DNA of 62,746 bases, filler included, from Rhabdomonas costata (taxonomy: Eukaryota), in assembly GCA_019059605.1 (NCBI GenBank). It is 39 parts of 39 records of this genome, joined end to end, with 100 filler letters (N's around TTAATTAATTAA, not from the genome) between each part and the next. Parts side by side here need not be neighbours in the genome. Positions count along the whole stretch, not along the records: positions 24,187 to 25,697 come from JAHMHO010014151.1; positions 25,798 to 27,308 come from JAHMHO010014152.1; positions 27,409 to 28,919 come from JAHMHO010014153.1; positions 29,020 to 30,530 come from JAHMHO010014154.1; positions 30,631 to 32,140 come from JAHMHO010014155.1; positions 32,241 to 33,751 come from JAHMHO010014156.1; positions 33,852 to 35,361 come from JAHMHO010014157.1; positions 35,462 to 36,972 come from JAHMHO010014158.1; 31 more parts are not named here. The stretch is one strand, 5' to 3'. The position numbers and the translations under genes are program-made. Under the pieces are notes generated by a model. That model did not search any database. It saw only the letters and a list, made by a program, of their open reading frames with translations, and was not told where the DNA came from. Each line of letters opens with the position of its first letter. Within the stretch, counting starts at the first letter, position 1. Of this stretch, positions 24,430 through 36,482 are shown in pieces.

Positions 24430-25226
24430 TGTTGGCTCACAAGGCCCACCCCACGGCAAGAAAACCGGTGTGTGTGAAATCTTCGCTTGGTGAGGAGAAA
24501 TCCCCGAAGCAACCACGAGCAGCACGTTGCTGGGGCGGAGTGGTTACGTGCCCAATTTATGTCGACCACAGCAGTTCAACCATGAGGACAGACTACTTAT
24601 GAACTTGGGGTCCAGGGACACCGAAACAGAAATAAGAAAAGCAACAGGTCTGTTACCCACTACTTCGCATCTTTCGCTGCCTCAAGTATCAGCGCACTGA
24701 AGCAACAGGTAACATTAGCAGCTGTGGTTTGTTCCTTTCCGTTCCTTTCCTTTCCCTAAGCTGACATTCCCAACTTACCGCCCTCCTCCGTCATCCCCCG
24801 TAATCTCAATCGTCACCTGAACAAGAAAAAGACATTTTGTCCTTGGAATGTTCGTCAATCGAAACATCGCGACATTGAAACATCGCCCGTGGCAAATGGG
24901 CTGGGGGCCGCTTACACTATGGCATGCATGGCATGGCATGCACTTGAGCTTGGGGCAACGCTGTTGCAAAACAATTGCCTCCCAGTAGCGGAAAACGTGA
25001 AAGGCAACTGAATGCACCAACATACGAACTGTGCGAGTAAGACTCAAAACAGAGTGACGCCGGGAGCCGGCCTCCACAAAGGAAAAGCAGTGCTCAGGCA
25101 CCCCACAGCAGCTGCACAAGCCAGCAATGGATCGCTTGTTCCCCAAACGTAAACACTGCCAGAGGAGGACTGCAAGCTGAAAGGCTGCCAATGGCCGGAG
25201 GCGGCAAAGGGACCCTCCCGTGCAGC

Positions 25227-25661
25227 TCAGACAAAGGCGTTGGTCGAGTTCGGAGCAAAGTGGAAGACTTTGTTGATGTCGTCGTCGAAGTCGTTCCTCA
25301 GCTCACTCACAGGCCAGTCTTCGTACTCGCCTAGCGAAAAATGCAACGTGGGTTTGCAGGGTCATTCCGTACCAGAGCCCTTCTGCATTCCTCTCTTCTG
25401 TATGCTGAGGAATCATTTTACCCATCCCCATCGCACATGGCTCTGCAATGGTTGGGGTCCCAAGAGTACCCCGAGCTCTCCAAACCCCATTTGCTCCTGC
25501 TTGTCTCCTTCGAATTTCTTTTCCACGTTTCTGAAGCGCACAACCTGCAGTCTACTGACTTCACTGCCGACGCCTGTCATCCCATTCACCGAACGTTCCG
25601 CTCACGCAGCTGGGGACGCCCAAGCCGTGGACCTCGAATCAAGCGATACGCACCCCAGTCA
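25227..25661 (-). CDS. Last two exons of an unknown protein (25661-25606, 25330-25227)
   Basis: DWGAYRLIRGPRLGRPQLR|EYEDWPVSELRNDFDDDINKVFHFAPNSTNAFV*; GTGAG donor and TAG acceptor in frame. Confidence 0.55.
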
Positions 25662-26924
25662 CTGCCCCCCCCCCCGACGCCCGCAAGCCCAAAAAGCNNN
25701 NNNNNNNNNNNNNNNNNNNNNNNNNNNNNNNNNNNNNNNNNTTAATTAATTAANNNNNNNNNNNNNNNNNNNNNNNNNNNNNNNNNNNNNNNNNNNNGGG
25801 TTGGTGTGTGGGGATACCACGGTCAAACCTGTGGTGTGTCCATGGGCTGTGCGTTTTGGGGATTTCCTTCGAGTCTTGTTTTTTTTTTTTGGTTGGGGGG
25901 GTTTTTTGGGCCCAGGGTCAGGGGTGACTACTCTGCGCTCTCACTCGCAGACGAAAACATCTGGCATTTCTTTCCCCTCCCATTTTGCTGCAGTGCATCG
26001 CGTAGCGTCCTCACAGTGGTAGTGAACCCCCATCCCATCGTCACCAAACATTCATCCCCGATTCTTCGGGATTCCCTTCTGCCGAGCCTTCGTTTGCGTC
26101 TCACACGGAAAGTCGGAAGTGGGGGGGCGGGTTTCCAAAGGCTCGATGGCCGTTGTGCTGGGTTCGAGCCTATGTCTTTGTTGCCTTTCATCAACGTGCG
26201 TCTTTGTCTTCCTCGTATTTCTCTTTTCTTTTTGTTGATCTCTGAGGCCCGAAGCGTCCTTTGTCCACTTGGTTTCCCATCATTTCCTGTGCCCTGACAC
26301 ACCTGTGCGACCCTTTCCTTCTTTACTAGCGCCGACGCAGTGTGCTTTTCCGAGCACCGGTTTTCTTCTCCTATGCCTTTCTTTTTTATTTGAGCAGAAA
26401 GCTCTGTGGGGGCGGGGGGCAGGCAACCGCCAAAAGCCTCGATAACAGGGCGAAAAAGCTTCACCCACGTCGGCATGGGCTCAAGCTTGAGAATTTTCGG
26501 CGATGCCCCATTCCTGCTGTCATTGCCTGATTTTTCAAGTGGCCCAAAATAATTTATGAATGATCCTCGGCAATGTCTTTTTTGTATGCCTTCTTCTTGG
26601 CATACTCATTTGCCACCCAGACTCCATGGGCACCCCACGGGAGGCATTCACATGTCAGATGAGGGATAGTGCGAGGGGCACATCAGCGTGGGGCACACTG
26701 CTAGTTGCTTCATCGCTTGCATGCTGATACCGCCCGTTTCCAGGAGGTCTGCAAGCGAAGTTAGTCAGCCTGGGTCAAATCGACCCGCTTTGTCTTGTTG
26801 ACATGTTGCGGCGACTTGTTCTGTTGGATGGAAGGGGAAAACAGATCCTCTTTGGGTGCGCTTCCTCCTCCTTTTTTTTGCTTCTTCAGCAGCAGCATCA
26901 CCTTTGGCCTGCGTCTGCTGTCAG

Positions 26925-27218
26925 AATGCTGAAGAGGTCTCTGTGGAGGTGGAGACCTTCAGGAAGACCCTGGGCGGCCTCCTCGCGCCGAACTCTAGCG
27001 AGCCCCTTTGCAGCAGTAGGCCCTGGCACGATCTCCAGAGGGAGGCAGTGGCGCTGGCCAAGCAACTGCACGAGGTGTGAATTGGCCTTGCGGGTAACCT
27101 GCGAGAAGTATCAGGAGCTCCTGAAGTCCCGGCCCGGGCTTCCAGGAGAAGGGGAAGGCATGCAGGGAGCTCCTCGGGGTCGTGGGCGACAACCTCAAGG
27201 TCTTCAACGGATGTGCAG
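26925..27218 (+). CDS. Two exons of an unknown helical protein
   Basis: NAEEVSVEVETFRKTLGG...LAKQLHE|EKGKACRELLGVVGDNLKVFNGCA with GT-AG boundaries. Confidence 0.45.
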
Positions 27219-27305
27219 GTGTGGGCCCAACACAGCCCCAAGGCAGGTTGTCACAGGCCAGAACCATTGTGATCGCCGGCGGATGGGGCTGTGTTGGGCC
27301 CACAC
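27219..27305. repeat. Perfect 22-bp inverted repeat forming an 87-nt hairpin
   Basis: GTGTGGGCCCAACACAGCCCCA (27219-27240) and its exact reverse complement at 27284-27305. Confidence 0.95.
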
Positions 27306-28323
27306 ACCNNNNNNNNNNNNNNNNNNNNNNNNNNNNNNNNNNNNNNNNNNNNTTAATTAATTAANNNNNNNNNNNNNNNNNNNNNNNNNNNNNNNNNNNN
27401 NNNNNNNNTTTTGTGATAGGCACCTCAGAAACACTTCGGGAAGAAGGGAGGGAACCGCGCTCCGCAAGGAAGCTGGGGGTGTCGCGGTTCAACAGCTGTG
27501 TGTGTGTGTGGGGGGGTATTCCATTGACATCACGCCATTATTTAGGCACACGTAAAAGTCGTAAGTAAGCATATGGAACTCGCATTCCCAAGGAACACCA
27601 TGACGTGACAAAACGTCACGTTTGATATGTTATAAAAATATTCGCACCAAGAGAAAAGACCCCAGTTCCCTCTGCAGCAACACGATGCGGAAGGCACGCA
27701 ACCAACTCCTCACATACGCGGTGAAAAAAGCGGCTAGCTGAGCCAACGGAGAAAACTCCAAAGCGTGGGTAGAGAGCTTCAACCAGCGCCATTGTATGCC
27801 ACTGAAGACGGCGATGTGAGAGACTCATCACTTCTAAGGTGAGACCATCACGCCGCCCAGTGGCGTGTTGCTTGCAGTGCATCCGATGAACAGCTGTTGA
27901 CGATGGAAGGCAACATTCTCTTGAATTACGTTACAATCACTCTTGGTGCACTTGGCAAGGATGAATTTTTTCTGGGGAGGACTCCAAGTCCACTTCCCCC
28001 CTGGGCTCCCACCACACACACAGACACACACCACCACCACCAACAATAAGCGTTGTGATGCGATACAAGGTTGTGCGATGCTAGTGCCGTGTTGCACTGT
28101 TGCAGGCAATTTTATCTGCTAGAACACGCAGCCGAAAAAAAAACGTACTGAAAGATTCATTTTTTCGGTTTGGTACCCTGACAAAGCTTAGCTGTTTTTC
28201 TGCCTTTTCATGGGTGGTGTGAAAGCCACTTACGGAAACCCGTCTCTCAATTGAATTGCTCCGGACTGCTCTGACAGGTGCCCACACGCGCTTGCTCTAA
28301 ACGCACACAAAAAGAGACGGAAC

Positions 28324-28516
28324 CTCCTCATTTGGCAGCTGGGCTGGGGTAATTCCTGTGCTGGGCAGAGGTGCGGCCACCGGGCTGGTGTGTCCCGAGC
28401 GGGGCGCCGGGGGCCCCGACGGAGAGGGAGCCGCGCTGGAGCCGTGGGCGAAGGGGCAGTCGTTGCCCCGGTTGCAGGCTCCGGTTAGCCAGCCGCGGCA
28501 CAACTGGGTGCTTGGC
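28324..28516 (-). CDS. CCCH zinc-finger RNA-binding protein exon
   Basis: TQLCRGWLTGACNRGNDCPFAHG is C-x7-C-x5-C-x3-H; flanked by CAG| and |GT. Confidence 0.85.
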
Positions 28517-29355
28517 CTGCGCATGAGATGCAAGTGGAGCGATGTGAACCCCAATGAAAAACCGCAAATCTTGAAAGGGTGTGCAACCTTTAAAAGAGCT
28601 GGAACGTTCCAAATGAACCCGACAAGCAACGCTGCATTTCAACCACACATTGACATGGACAATCACAGATCTGGGGGCGTGGATCTCCCGGTAATGGAGC
28701 GTGAGTGGAGTGTGAGTCGACTTATCTTATCTGGGTGCACCACAGAAGCGATCGGGCAGCTACCAAGGTCAGCGGTTACCTCAGAGAAGCCGGCACATGG
28801 TTGCTGGTTGCCACAATAAGAGAAAAGGATAAACAGAAGAAAAAGACACCGGTCGATGCGAAGTGCAGCTGGGGCAACCGGGGCAACGCAGTCTGCTGCA
28901 GGAGTGGGGGTAGAAGCTGNNNNNNNNNNNNNNNNNNNNNNNNNNNNNNNNNNNNNNNNNNNNTTAATTAATTAANNNNNNNNNNNNNNNNNNNNNNNNN
29001 NNNNNNNNNNNNNNNNNNNTGTTTTGGGTATGCGAAAGTGGAGTGGGTAAGGTGTACCACAGTTGAACGGGGGGGGGCGGTCGTCACTCAGGCAAAAAAT
29101 GGGATCGGTGGCTGTTTCTCAACGTCCCGCCCTCTATGTTCGGCTACTTGGTGCCCTCTTCCGTGTTGGATCGCTGTGGTTTTTCGGAGCCTCGCTGTCT
29201 ACCCATCACGTCTCCTCCTCAGAAACTCAGTGCCGTGCTCCTGACTGCTCCACAGATGAGCAATCCGGTTGCTGAGATGAACGCCAGAGAGTCACAGGGC
29301 CATAAGAATGCCCCAGGTAGAGGGGAGAGGTCGGGTTTTCGCGCGCAATCAAACC

Positions 29356-29842
29356 TTCGCCGTGCTTCAGTCCAGAGACACGAGCCACCAGGCTCTGGAG
29401 GGGATTCGCTGGAGGCGCACTGCTGCTCGCTCCGCCGCCCTCAGTTTGCCCGCTGCCCGCCGTAGGGGGTGTGGCCGTGACTAGAGACGAAGCCCTTTGG
29501 ATAAGTCCCTGCAGCCAGCTGCTGCCGCCCTTCTGCTCGCCTCCCTGATATTTTCCACACACACATACACACAAACTTACACTTGCACGCGTTCCTTCAT
29601 CATACACGACACATCCCCACAGTTTTAGAAGCATGCATTGCCCCTGCAAACAAAAGCAAAGTTTACCATGAAGCAGCGCATCCTGCCGCAAAGCTCAAAA
29701 GCCCACCCAAGAGTAGCACTGAGCACTGACTGCTAGAAAAAAGAGGAAATCGGGCAACCTGTGGAGCTGGTTGTTCTTGTTTACCCCTCGGCACGTCCTG
29801 CGCAGGGGGAGCAGATTCCTGCTTGACGACCATGGATGCGTC
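29356..29842 (-). CDS. Exons of an unknown low-complexity protein
   Basis: AG/GT-bounded GC-rich frames (GGEQKGGSSWLQGLIQRASSLV...LQSLVARVSGLKHGE); no domain recognised. Confidence 0.35.
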
Positions 29843-30647
29843 CGCCGGTGCAGATTTTGGGGCCTAAGAAACAAGAAAACAATAAGAATGCTGGAAAAGC
29901 CCCATTGGGGTACGCTTATTCTTGTATCTGTCCCCACAATACTGTTCGATGCAAAAAGCAATAGAAAGAACGGAAAAAAGTTGCAGGGGGTTAGGAAGCA
30001 TTCTTGTGGCCATCGTAATCGTAATCGTAATTTTGTGGGAGCGGGGCCATAGTGGTGCCAGCCTAAAAAGAAGCGACACAAAGCAGCGCGTAAAGCACAA
30101 CAAAACAACAAAACAACGGGAAGTATTTAGTGCCATGAAAGGTGCGATTAGAGGCTTCAAATGTATCGATGTCCGGCCCTCCAAATCGACTCACGGGGAG
30201 CAAAACATTAGCCCGGTCAATTTTTTATGTTCAGGACATCTTGGGCCACTCAGTTACGCTCCGCGTCTGAGATCCTGGTTGCCAAGGAGTGGTGTGGAAA
30301 TTCGAGGGGGGGGGGACATTGATGCTTGCGTTCGGTAGAAGGGACTCTGGGTCGCACGAAGGGTTCAGGCCGGTGTCCCGTAACGCTATCTTCTATCTTC
30401 GTCGATTTTGGTCGATTTATCTCTTGGATTCCTTCCAAAGGCATATTAATGCAAAAGGCAACCAAACATTCCATTGACTATTCTTGACATCCACATTGCA
30501 GCTCAGCACTGCGAGCCTGCACAACAACACNNNNNNNNNNNNNNNNNNNNNNNNNNNNNNNNNNNNNNNNNNNNTTAATTAATTAANNNNNNNNNNNNNN
30601 NNNNNNNNNNNNNNNNNNNNNNNNNNNNNNCTGGTGCTGTGACATAC

Positions 30648-32133
30648 CCGCCCCACATCCACCATGGCGGCCAGTTTGAGGTGGGTCTTGTTGTCTCGCA
30701 CGATCTGCCGAAGCAGGGCATCGTCGCAGAAACGCCACGGCCCAACCTGGGAATTATTTTTGTGAGCATACATGGAGACTAGATCCCCGAGACCAGGGAG
30801 CGGGGGCTGTTGAACGCAAAACGGCAGTGTTTTTTTTCGTTTACTGCTCAAGGTGGAAAACAGGTTCACATCAGAAACCTGCGTGAACAGAGGTGGGAAT
30901 GGGACCACTGGATAGTATACCTTCGTATGTTCAGTTCTGAGAGGAAGGGAATGGCGCAGTCATCAGTTGCAGACCGTACGTATGCCAGGAAGAAGGCAAA
31001 AAAAAGTCAGAAGCCATGTAGGCGTTGACAGCAATGTCGCACACCTTGGTCCGGTCCACCGTGCTCTCGTCGGTGAAGTACCCAATGTCCTGTGGCGTAC
31101 AACCCAACACCACGCAGCACTGCAGCACATATTCCTACACCTTCTTCTTGAACCCAAAGCGGACGCTCATCACTCCTTGGAATGGACGCTTGTGCATCTG
31201 CGTGTGCTTAGGTGAGCATGACTGTCTGAATGTTAGGATACGGAACATATGAGCGGCGAAGCCGAAGCAGGCCTGGGGTAGGACCGTGAGTAGAATTAAA
31301 TAGTTTCCTCCGCTCCGCAGTGTGCGCCTTTGTCGGGGAACTGTTTCTGTCCAGCACCATACCTTCTCTCCTTTCTTTTCTATACTGTTGCTGAGTGCTG
31401 TGAATCTACCCTTCCAGAATCAACTCGTTCCGAAGAGTAAGGAGGGAGGGGGGGATATGACTGCCCGCCATTATGCCAGGTTCCAGTAGCGGTAACCTGC
31501 AACAGCGGGACAGATGTGCTTATGCTTTGAGGTGAACTTGGTTGGGGTTCACTAGTGATACAAGAGACATCACTGCTCACAACCCCGAAACCGACAGACA
31601 TTTCTCCTGTGCAGGTTGCTTTTTGCAAGTCGCCTGTGGGGCTGGTTGTGTTGTTGGTTTCCGTAAGAAAGTCAATCTTGCTCAAGTGTATATGAGGATC
31701 CCAGGCATGAGATGAGTTGAAGAGAGGCCATTGAGTTCTCAGCAGGTATGGGCGAGCGCAGAAGGTTGGAGCTCCCAAGAACAGCGAGTCAATGCGCCAT
31801 TGAGGATTCCCAAGAAACTCCGTCAATCAGCAGAGGGGTGATTCGCACCCCCGAGAAGCGGACAGGCAGCGGGAGAGTATTAGAAATCTCGCTGGAGGCA
31901 GAAAAGACTCCACCAAAACCATGGGGGATTGAAAGGGAGAGACATCCTCATACCATGTAGTCCACCCCGGCCGCAACGCACGCCTGGTACACCGCACGCA
32001 CGAAGTCTGTGGAGAAGTTCCAGTTGTTCATCAGCCCCCCATCACGGATGGTGTTGTCCACGATCTTGATCATTGGGCGGTACGTGAAGAACTCCTTGCG
32101 GTAGATGTCTAAGCGGCGCGGGGAGTTCTTCAC
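30648..32133 (-). CDS. DRE-TIM metallolyase, 4-hydroxy-2-oxovalerate aldolase-like (bacterial-type); exons ~32133-31954, 31089-31045, 30746-30648
   Basis: TYRPMIKIVDNTIRDGGLMNNWNFSTDFVRAVYQACVAAGVDYM|DIGYFTDESTVDRTK|VGPWRFCDDALLRQIVRDNKTHLKLAAMVDVGR; D-x-T-x-R-D-G motif; GT-AG phase-0 introns. Confidence 0.9.
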
Positions 32134-35100
32134 ACAACACNNNNNNNNNNNNNNNNNNNNNNNNNNNNNNNNNNNNNNNNNNNNTTAATTAATTAANNNN
32201 NNNNNNNNNNNNNNNNNNNNNNNNNNNNNNNNNNNNNNNNGTGTGGTCACTGGCGTGGAGTTGCTGAGCTGGTTGACCTATCTCTTGGGTTAAAGAACGA
32301 AGTACGTGGTTGCTACGGCAGGAAGTGGACCGGATCCCAAAGTGGATAATCCCGGATTTTTTTGTTTGCTTTTTATTAGGGACAGTTCGTGTTTGTGTAT
32401 GTCGATGTGATGAAAAGACACACGAAAGAAAAAAAGCAAACAGAAGAAAAACCGCGTGGATGAAAAGAAAACGAAGCTAAGACGCCCGGAGCCTGCGTGC
32501 TCGCACGGCGGGTCCTATAGCACTGTTACCAGGTTTGGGGTTGCCGGCTTACCTGGAAAACCGATCCCCGAACGTACTTCAGTTCTCCATGGAAGTCACC
32601 TCACCGCATAAAAAAAAAGGGGGGGGGGCGCACAACCAAGAAGGCGGGACCTGAGTACGATTCTGCAAGGTTTCTTCCAGCTCAGCGACACGCTGCAGAG
32701 GAGGTGAGAGCAAAAACGCAAAAAGCCGGGTGCTGTCGACCAGGAGTGGACAGGGCGGAAATGACGGCAATATTTCCACACGTTTATTTGGCGAACTTAT
32801 TACAGCTCTAATATTCTGCGCATTGCTGCCAAAAAATGAGCCCTTCAGGGGGTGGGGGATCACCACTGCGCTGCAAATCACCGAGACATCTCTTTGCTCT
32901 GTCGCTGGAAACCTAGCTCGATGGTATTCCAAAGCACGTGAAATGCACCCGTATTGTGATTTAAATCGCTTTTCAAAGTCATCAAACAATTGGTCAGATT
33001 TTGGCTTTGCAGAGTTCTGGGGGGGGGGGAGAACTGGTGATACGTGTGCATCAGGTTGCTGACATTAATTTTTAAGTTCACCCCCAAAAAGCATCACCGC
33101 GATATGTCATTACCAGGTCCTGAAGACCACAAACCCCGTGCCAGGCACTGACCTCACTTCCAAACTCGCTCGTTCCTCGGCCTAAACCGCGCGTTCCTCA
33201 TGTTCCGTGTCAACAGGCGGCATCAGTGAGGGTTGTGAGGTGAGTGAGAAGTTTGGGAACATCACCATCGCCACTACTACTGCATGTGGGTTCCTCTACC
33301 AGGGTTCTACCATATACGCATCGTTCTACCACTATGGTGAGTCCTGCACCCAGCCTCATACGGGATGGTGATGCAGCGCCAGACTCCCTGGGGCTCACAG
33401 GCATTGTCACTTGTCATGGTTACCCAGCAAGCTCACGCAGGCACCATCATCGGGCTCAGTCACATGGCTTGAGTGACGTTGCATCACCGGTTACCACGCA
33501 CCTTACCTCATGTGGGGCTGGTGTACGCTATAGCCAGGCCTCCATCACCAGGATTTTCACCCTACGCCCAACTACGCAGGGTATCTCACTGTGACTCCTA
33601 CGCATAGGGTCATCGTAACACGTGGTTCCAGGCGTACCTGATGACCCAACGCCCATCCCACCTCAGACCTCAACCCCAATTGCCAAACCCATGTCAACAT
33701 CCAACCTACCGACCCAAAGACCTAACTACGCACCCATCCCTCCAACCCAACNNNNNNNNNNNNNNNNNNNNNNNNNNNNNNNNNNNNNNNNNNNNTTAAT
33801 TAATTAANNNNNNNNNNNNNNNNNNNNNNNNNNNNNNNNNNNNNNNNNNNNGGGGGTTTGTATCTTCTTGTGAAAATAGGTTAGAAAAGAAAAGACATGG
33901 AGGAGAGTGTTTGATTCACTTCAGTCCACGAGTGTCTTATTGTTCTGTGAATTGCTACCTTGTAGCTTGTCGACCTGTTCTATGGTATAAAATAAACTGT
34001 GGTATCTGATGACCAGGAAAGAAGGCAAGCAACGAGGGAACTGCAACCCAGCGGAGCTCTGAAAATGGTGTAGTAATGGGCGTAATGGGTTCAAGCAAGG
34101 AGAGAGATGTGCGCTGCTGGCTTTCAGCTCTGGGGCGAGCACCGTAGCAGCCTCTTCCCTTAGCAATGGTGTGCTTCCTGCTGTGGTGAAACCTTCGTGC
34201 TCAGACGGGTGAAGCTGCTCTCTTGGTCCTATTTTAAGAGCGCCGACTACGCCTGAACTCAACTGTCACGCAACACGCAACGTTCACACGGGCGGGAGGA
34301 TCGTTCGTCTTGTTCTTCTGCACCGTACGCGTTGCACTCTTCGTCTTTCTTACGGGTTTCGCTGTGTTATAGACGGCCCGGTGCGTCCCCGGGCCTATTC
34401 CGACTTTGCCGTGGCGAAGTGCTGCACTGCTTGCGGAAGGTGTCTTTGTGTGCCTGCAGGACTTGTCGGATGGATGGATGGATGTCTCTTTGTCCAAGGA
34501 ACAATAGAAAGTTTGCAGGGGGGGGATGCGGCGTACCTCTTCCTGCGCGTTTTTTATTTCAGGACGTCTCAGGCTGCGGCGCGCACCGGAGGTGGGGGTC
34601 GTGTTTCATACTTGGGCATTTTTTCTGCAGGCCATACCCCGACGACGACCACCGTGTCGAGGAGACCCGCAGCCTGCGCTACAAGTGCGTTGGCCTTCTT
34701 TTCGCTGTTGCGCAGGGGGGTGGGTCCAACCAGACAACCCCTCTCCGTCTGACTCTGTTTTGCTCTTTTTTTCTTTGAGAAATCGTAGAAAGAGCGTGCC
34801 TCAGATCTCAAACCTATTTTTTCTTCGTGGGCAGCACCGGAAGAACAGTCTTTGCTGCTTGACATCCTGTGTTTTCTCACCGATCTCTCTCTCTCTCTAT
34901 TTGAGCTTAGTAGCTGAGGTTCATTTGGACACAAGAGACTCTTACCACTCCCCTTCCAATGACAGCCACCCATACGGCACCGTCACCCTTCCACTGGTAA
35001 GTTTGTGGTCGAGACAGGAGCGTTCATCACTCTTCAGCCGAAATAAGGCGCCAGATGCAATGTTATCTCCTTGTGTGGTTTGGGGGTGGGGGGTTTGCAG

Positions 35101-35461
35101 CAGCCTGGACTCCGTGGTGTCTGCCTCACCTGCCATCACGGCAGGTGCTCTCCCCTGTGACGGGCAGGTGTATGCGTGATTCTGTGTGTGTGTGTGTGTG
35201 CGCGCGCGCGCACCAAATCACTTCTTTGTATGGGTGCAAACCAACATGTTCCATTCCGAAGCTGATCTATCCTCCTGCACATGTAAGACCCCTTTCAGTG
35301 TGAAGCTCTTCCCCAAAATGTTCATGTTTTCATCTTTATTCTGTGTAACGCTGTTTACTACNNNNNNNNNNNNNNNNNNNNNNNNNNNNNNNNNNNNNNN
35401 NNNNNTTAATTAATTAANNNNNNNNNNNNNNNNNNNNNNNNNNNNNNNNNNNNNNNNNNNN

Positions 35462-36482
35462 GGGGGTTGTGGGCCGGGAGGCTACCGGGGCAGGGCCCCT
35501 GCGGGCAAGCCGCGCCGCGGGGGAGGGCACAGCGGAGACGGGCACAGCGGAGCTACTGTGCGGCTCAGGCCCAGGAATGATGGGCACCGCGGAGTCTGAA
35601 GGGAAGACGGTCGCGAGAGGCGATGGCACTGAAGAGATCGTGGGGTGGCCTACAGAGGGAATATCGGCCTCGTAGGACGTCACCGTGGACCCTGCAGACG
35701 GAAGGAAGGCATATGAGGATAGGTGGTGGTGCCAGAATGGCTTGCAAGACGTGGCAGGTAAAAAGAAAAGCAGGTGAAGATGCTCGGAAGGTTCCCAAAC
35801 CAAACCCTTTATCCCATTGAATGGGTCTAAAAACACATGACTCACTGTGCGCGACTTTGCCTGGACACCGTCTTCGGAAGGGCTCCCCTCTGAGCAGGCT
35901 GGCAGGAGGCCCCGCACTCAACGGGCTTTTACGCTGCTTCCTGCACCCCCTACCTCCCTACGCGAAGTGGGCCTGCTGGGGTACCCTCGCCCCAAGCTCA
36001 GGTCGGCGACACCAAAATAAAAAACAGAGCGACCCGGAGGGTCATGCCACCCAGTGATAGGTTCACCATTTGCTAAAAAATTTTGTAATAAGGGGATCCC
36101 ATCGGGGAGGGTATGTATATGGCACCCGTGCCAAGAGCAGCAGGTTAACGTAAACCAGCAAAGTTTGGTCCAAAACGTGGCAAGAAAACTGGAACAGTTC
36201 GCTTCCAACCACACTAAACTTCCGACACGAAGAAAAGCAATTCATATAGATAAGCGGCCATAACCTAGAAACCTGTGCATCGCATTGCACAGAAAGAGGG
36301 CGAAAAACATTGAACGCACCAGACGTGGAAAGGCTGCTGAGGGTGTCTAGGGTGAGGCTGTGGGGAAAGCCAAAGGTTTCGGTGGGGGTGGACTTGAGAG
36401 AAAGCGTGTGGAGTGCGGCGGCCAGGGAGTCTTCCGAGCCGCTGCTGGGGTACTGGGGCTGCCCAAAATGCAGCCGCGACAT
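35462..36482 (-). CDS. Exons of an unknown Pro/Ser-rich protein
   Basis: Open GC-rich segments, one with a clear CTGCAG| acceptor at ~35692; no domain recognised. Confidence 0.35.

Noticed and set aside
31380..31826. 148-aa ORF nested in the aldolase intron
   Set aside because: No motif, no splice or codon support; probably chance or decayed repeat.
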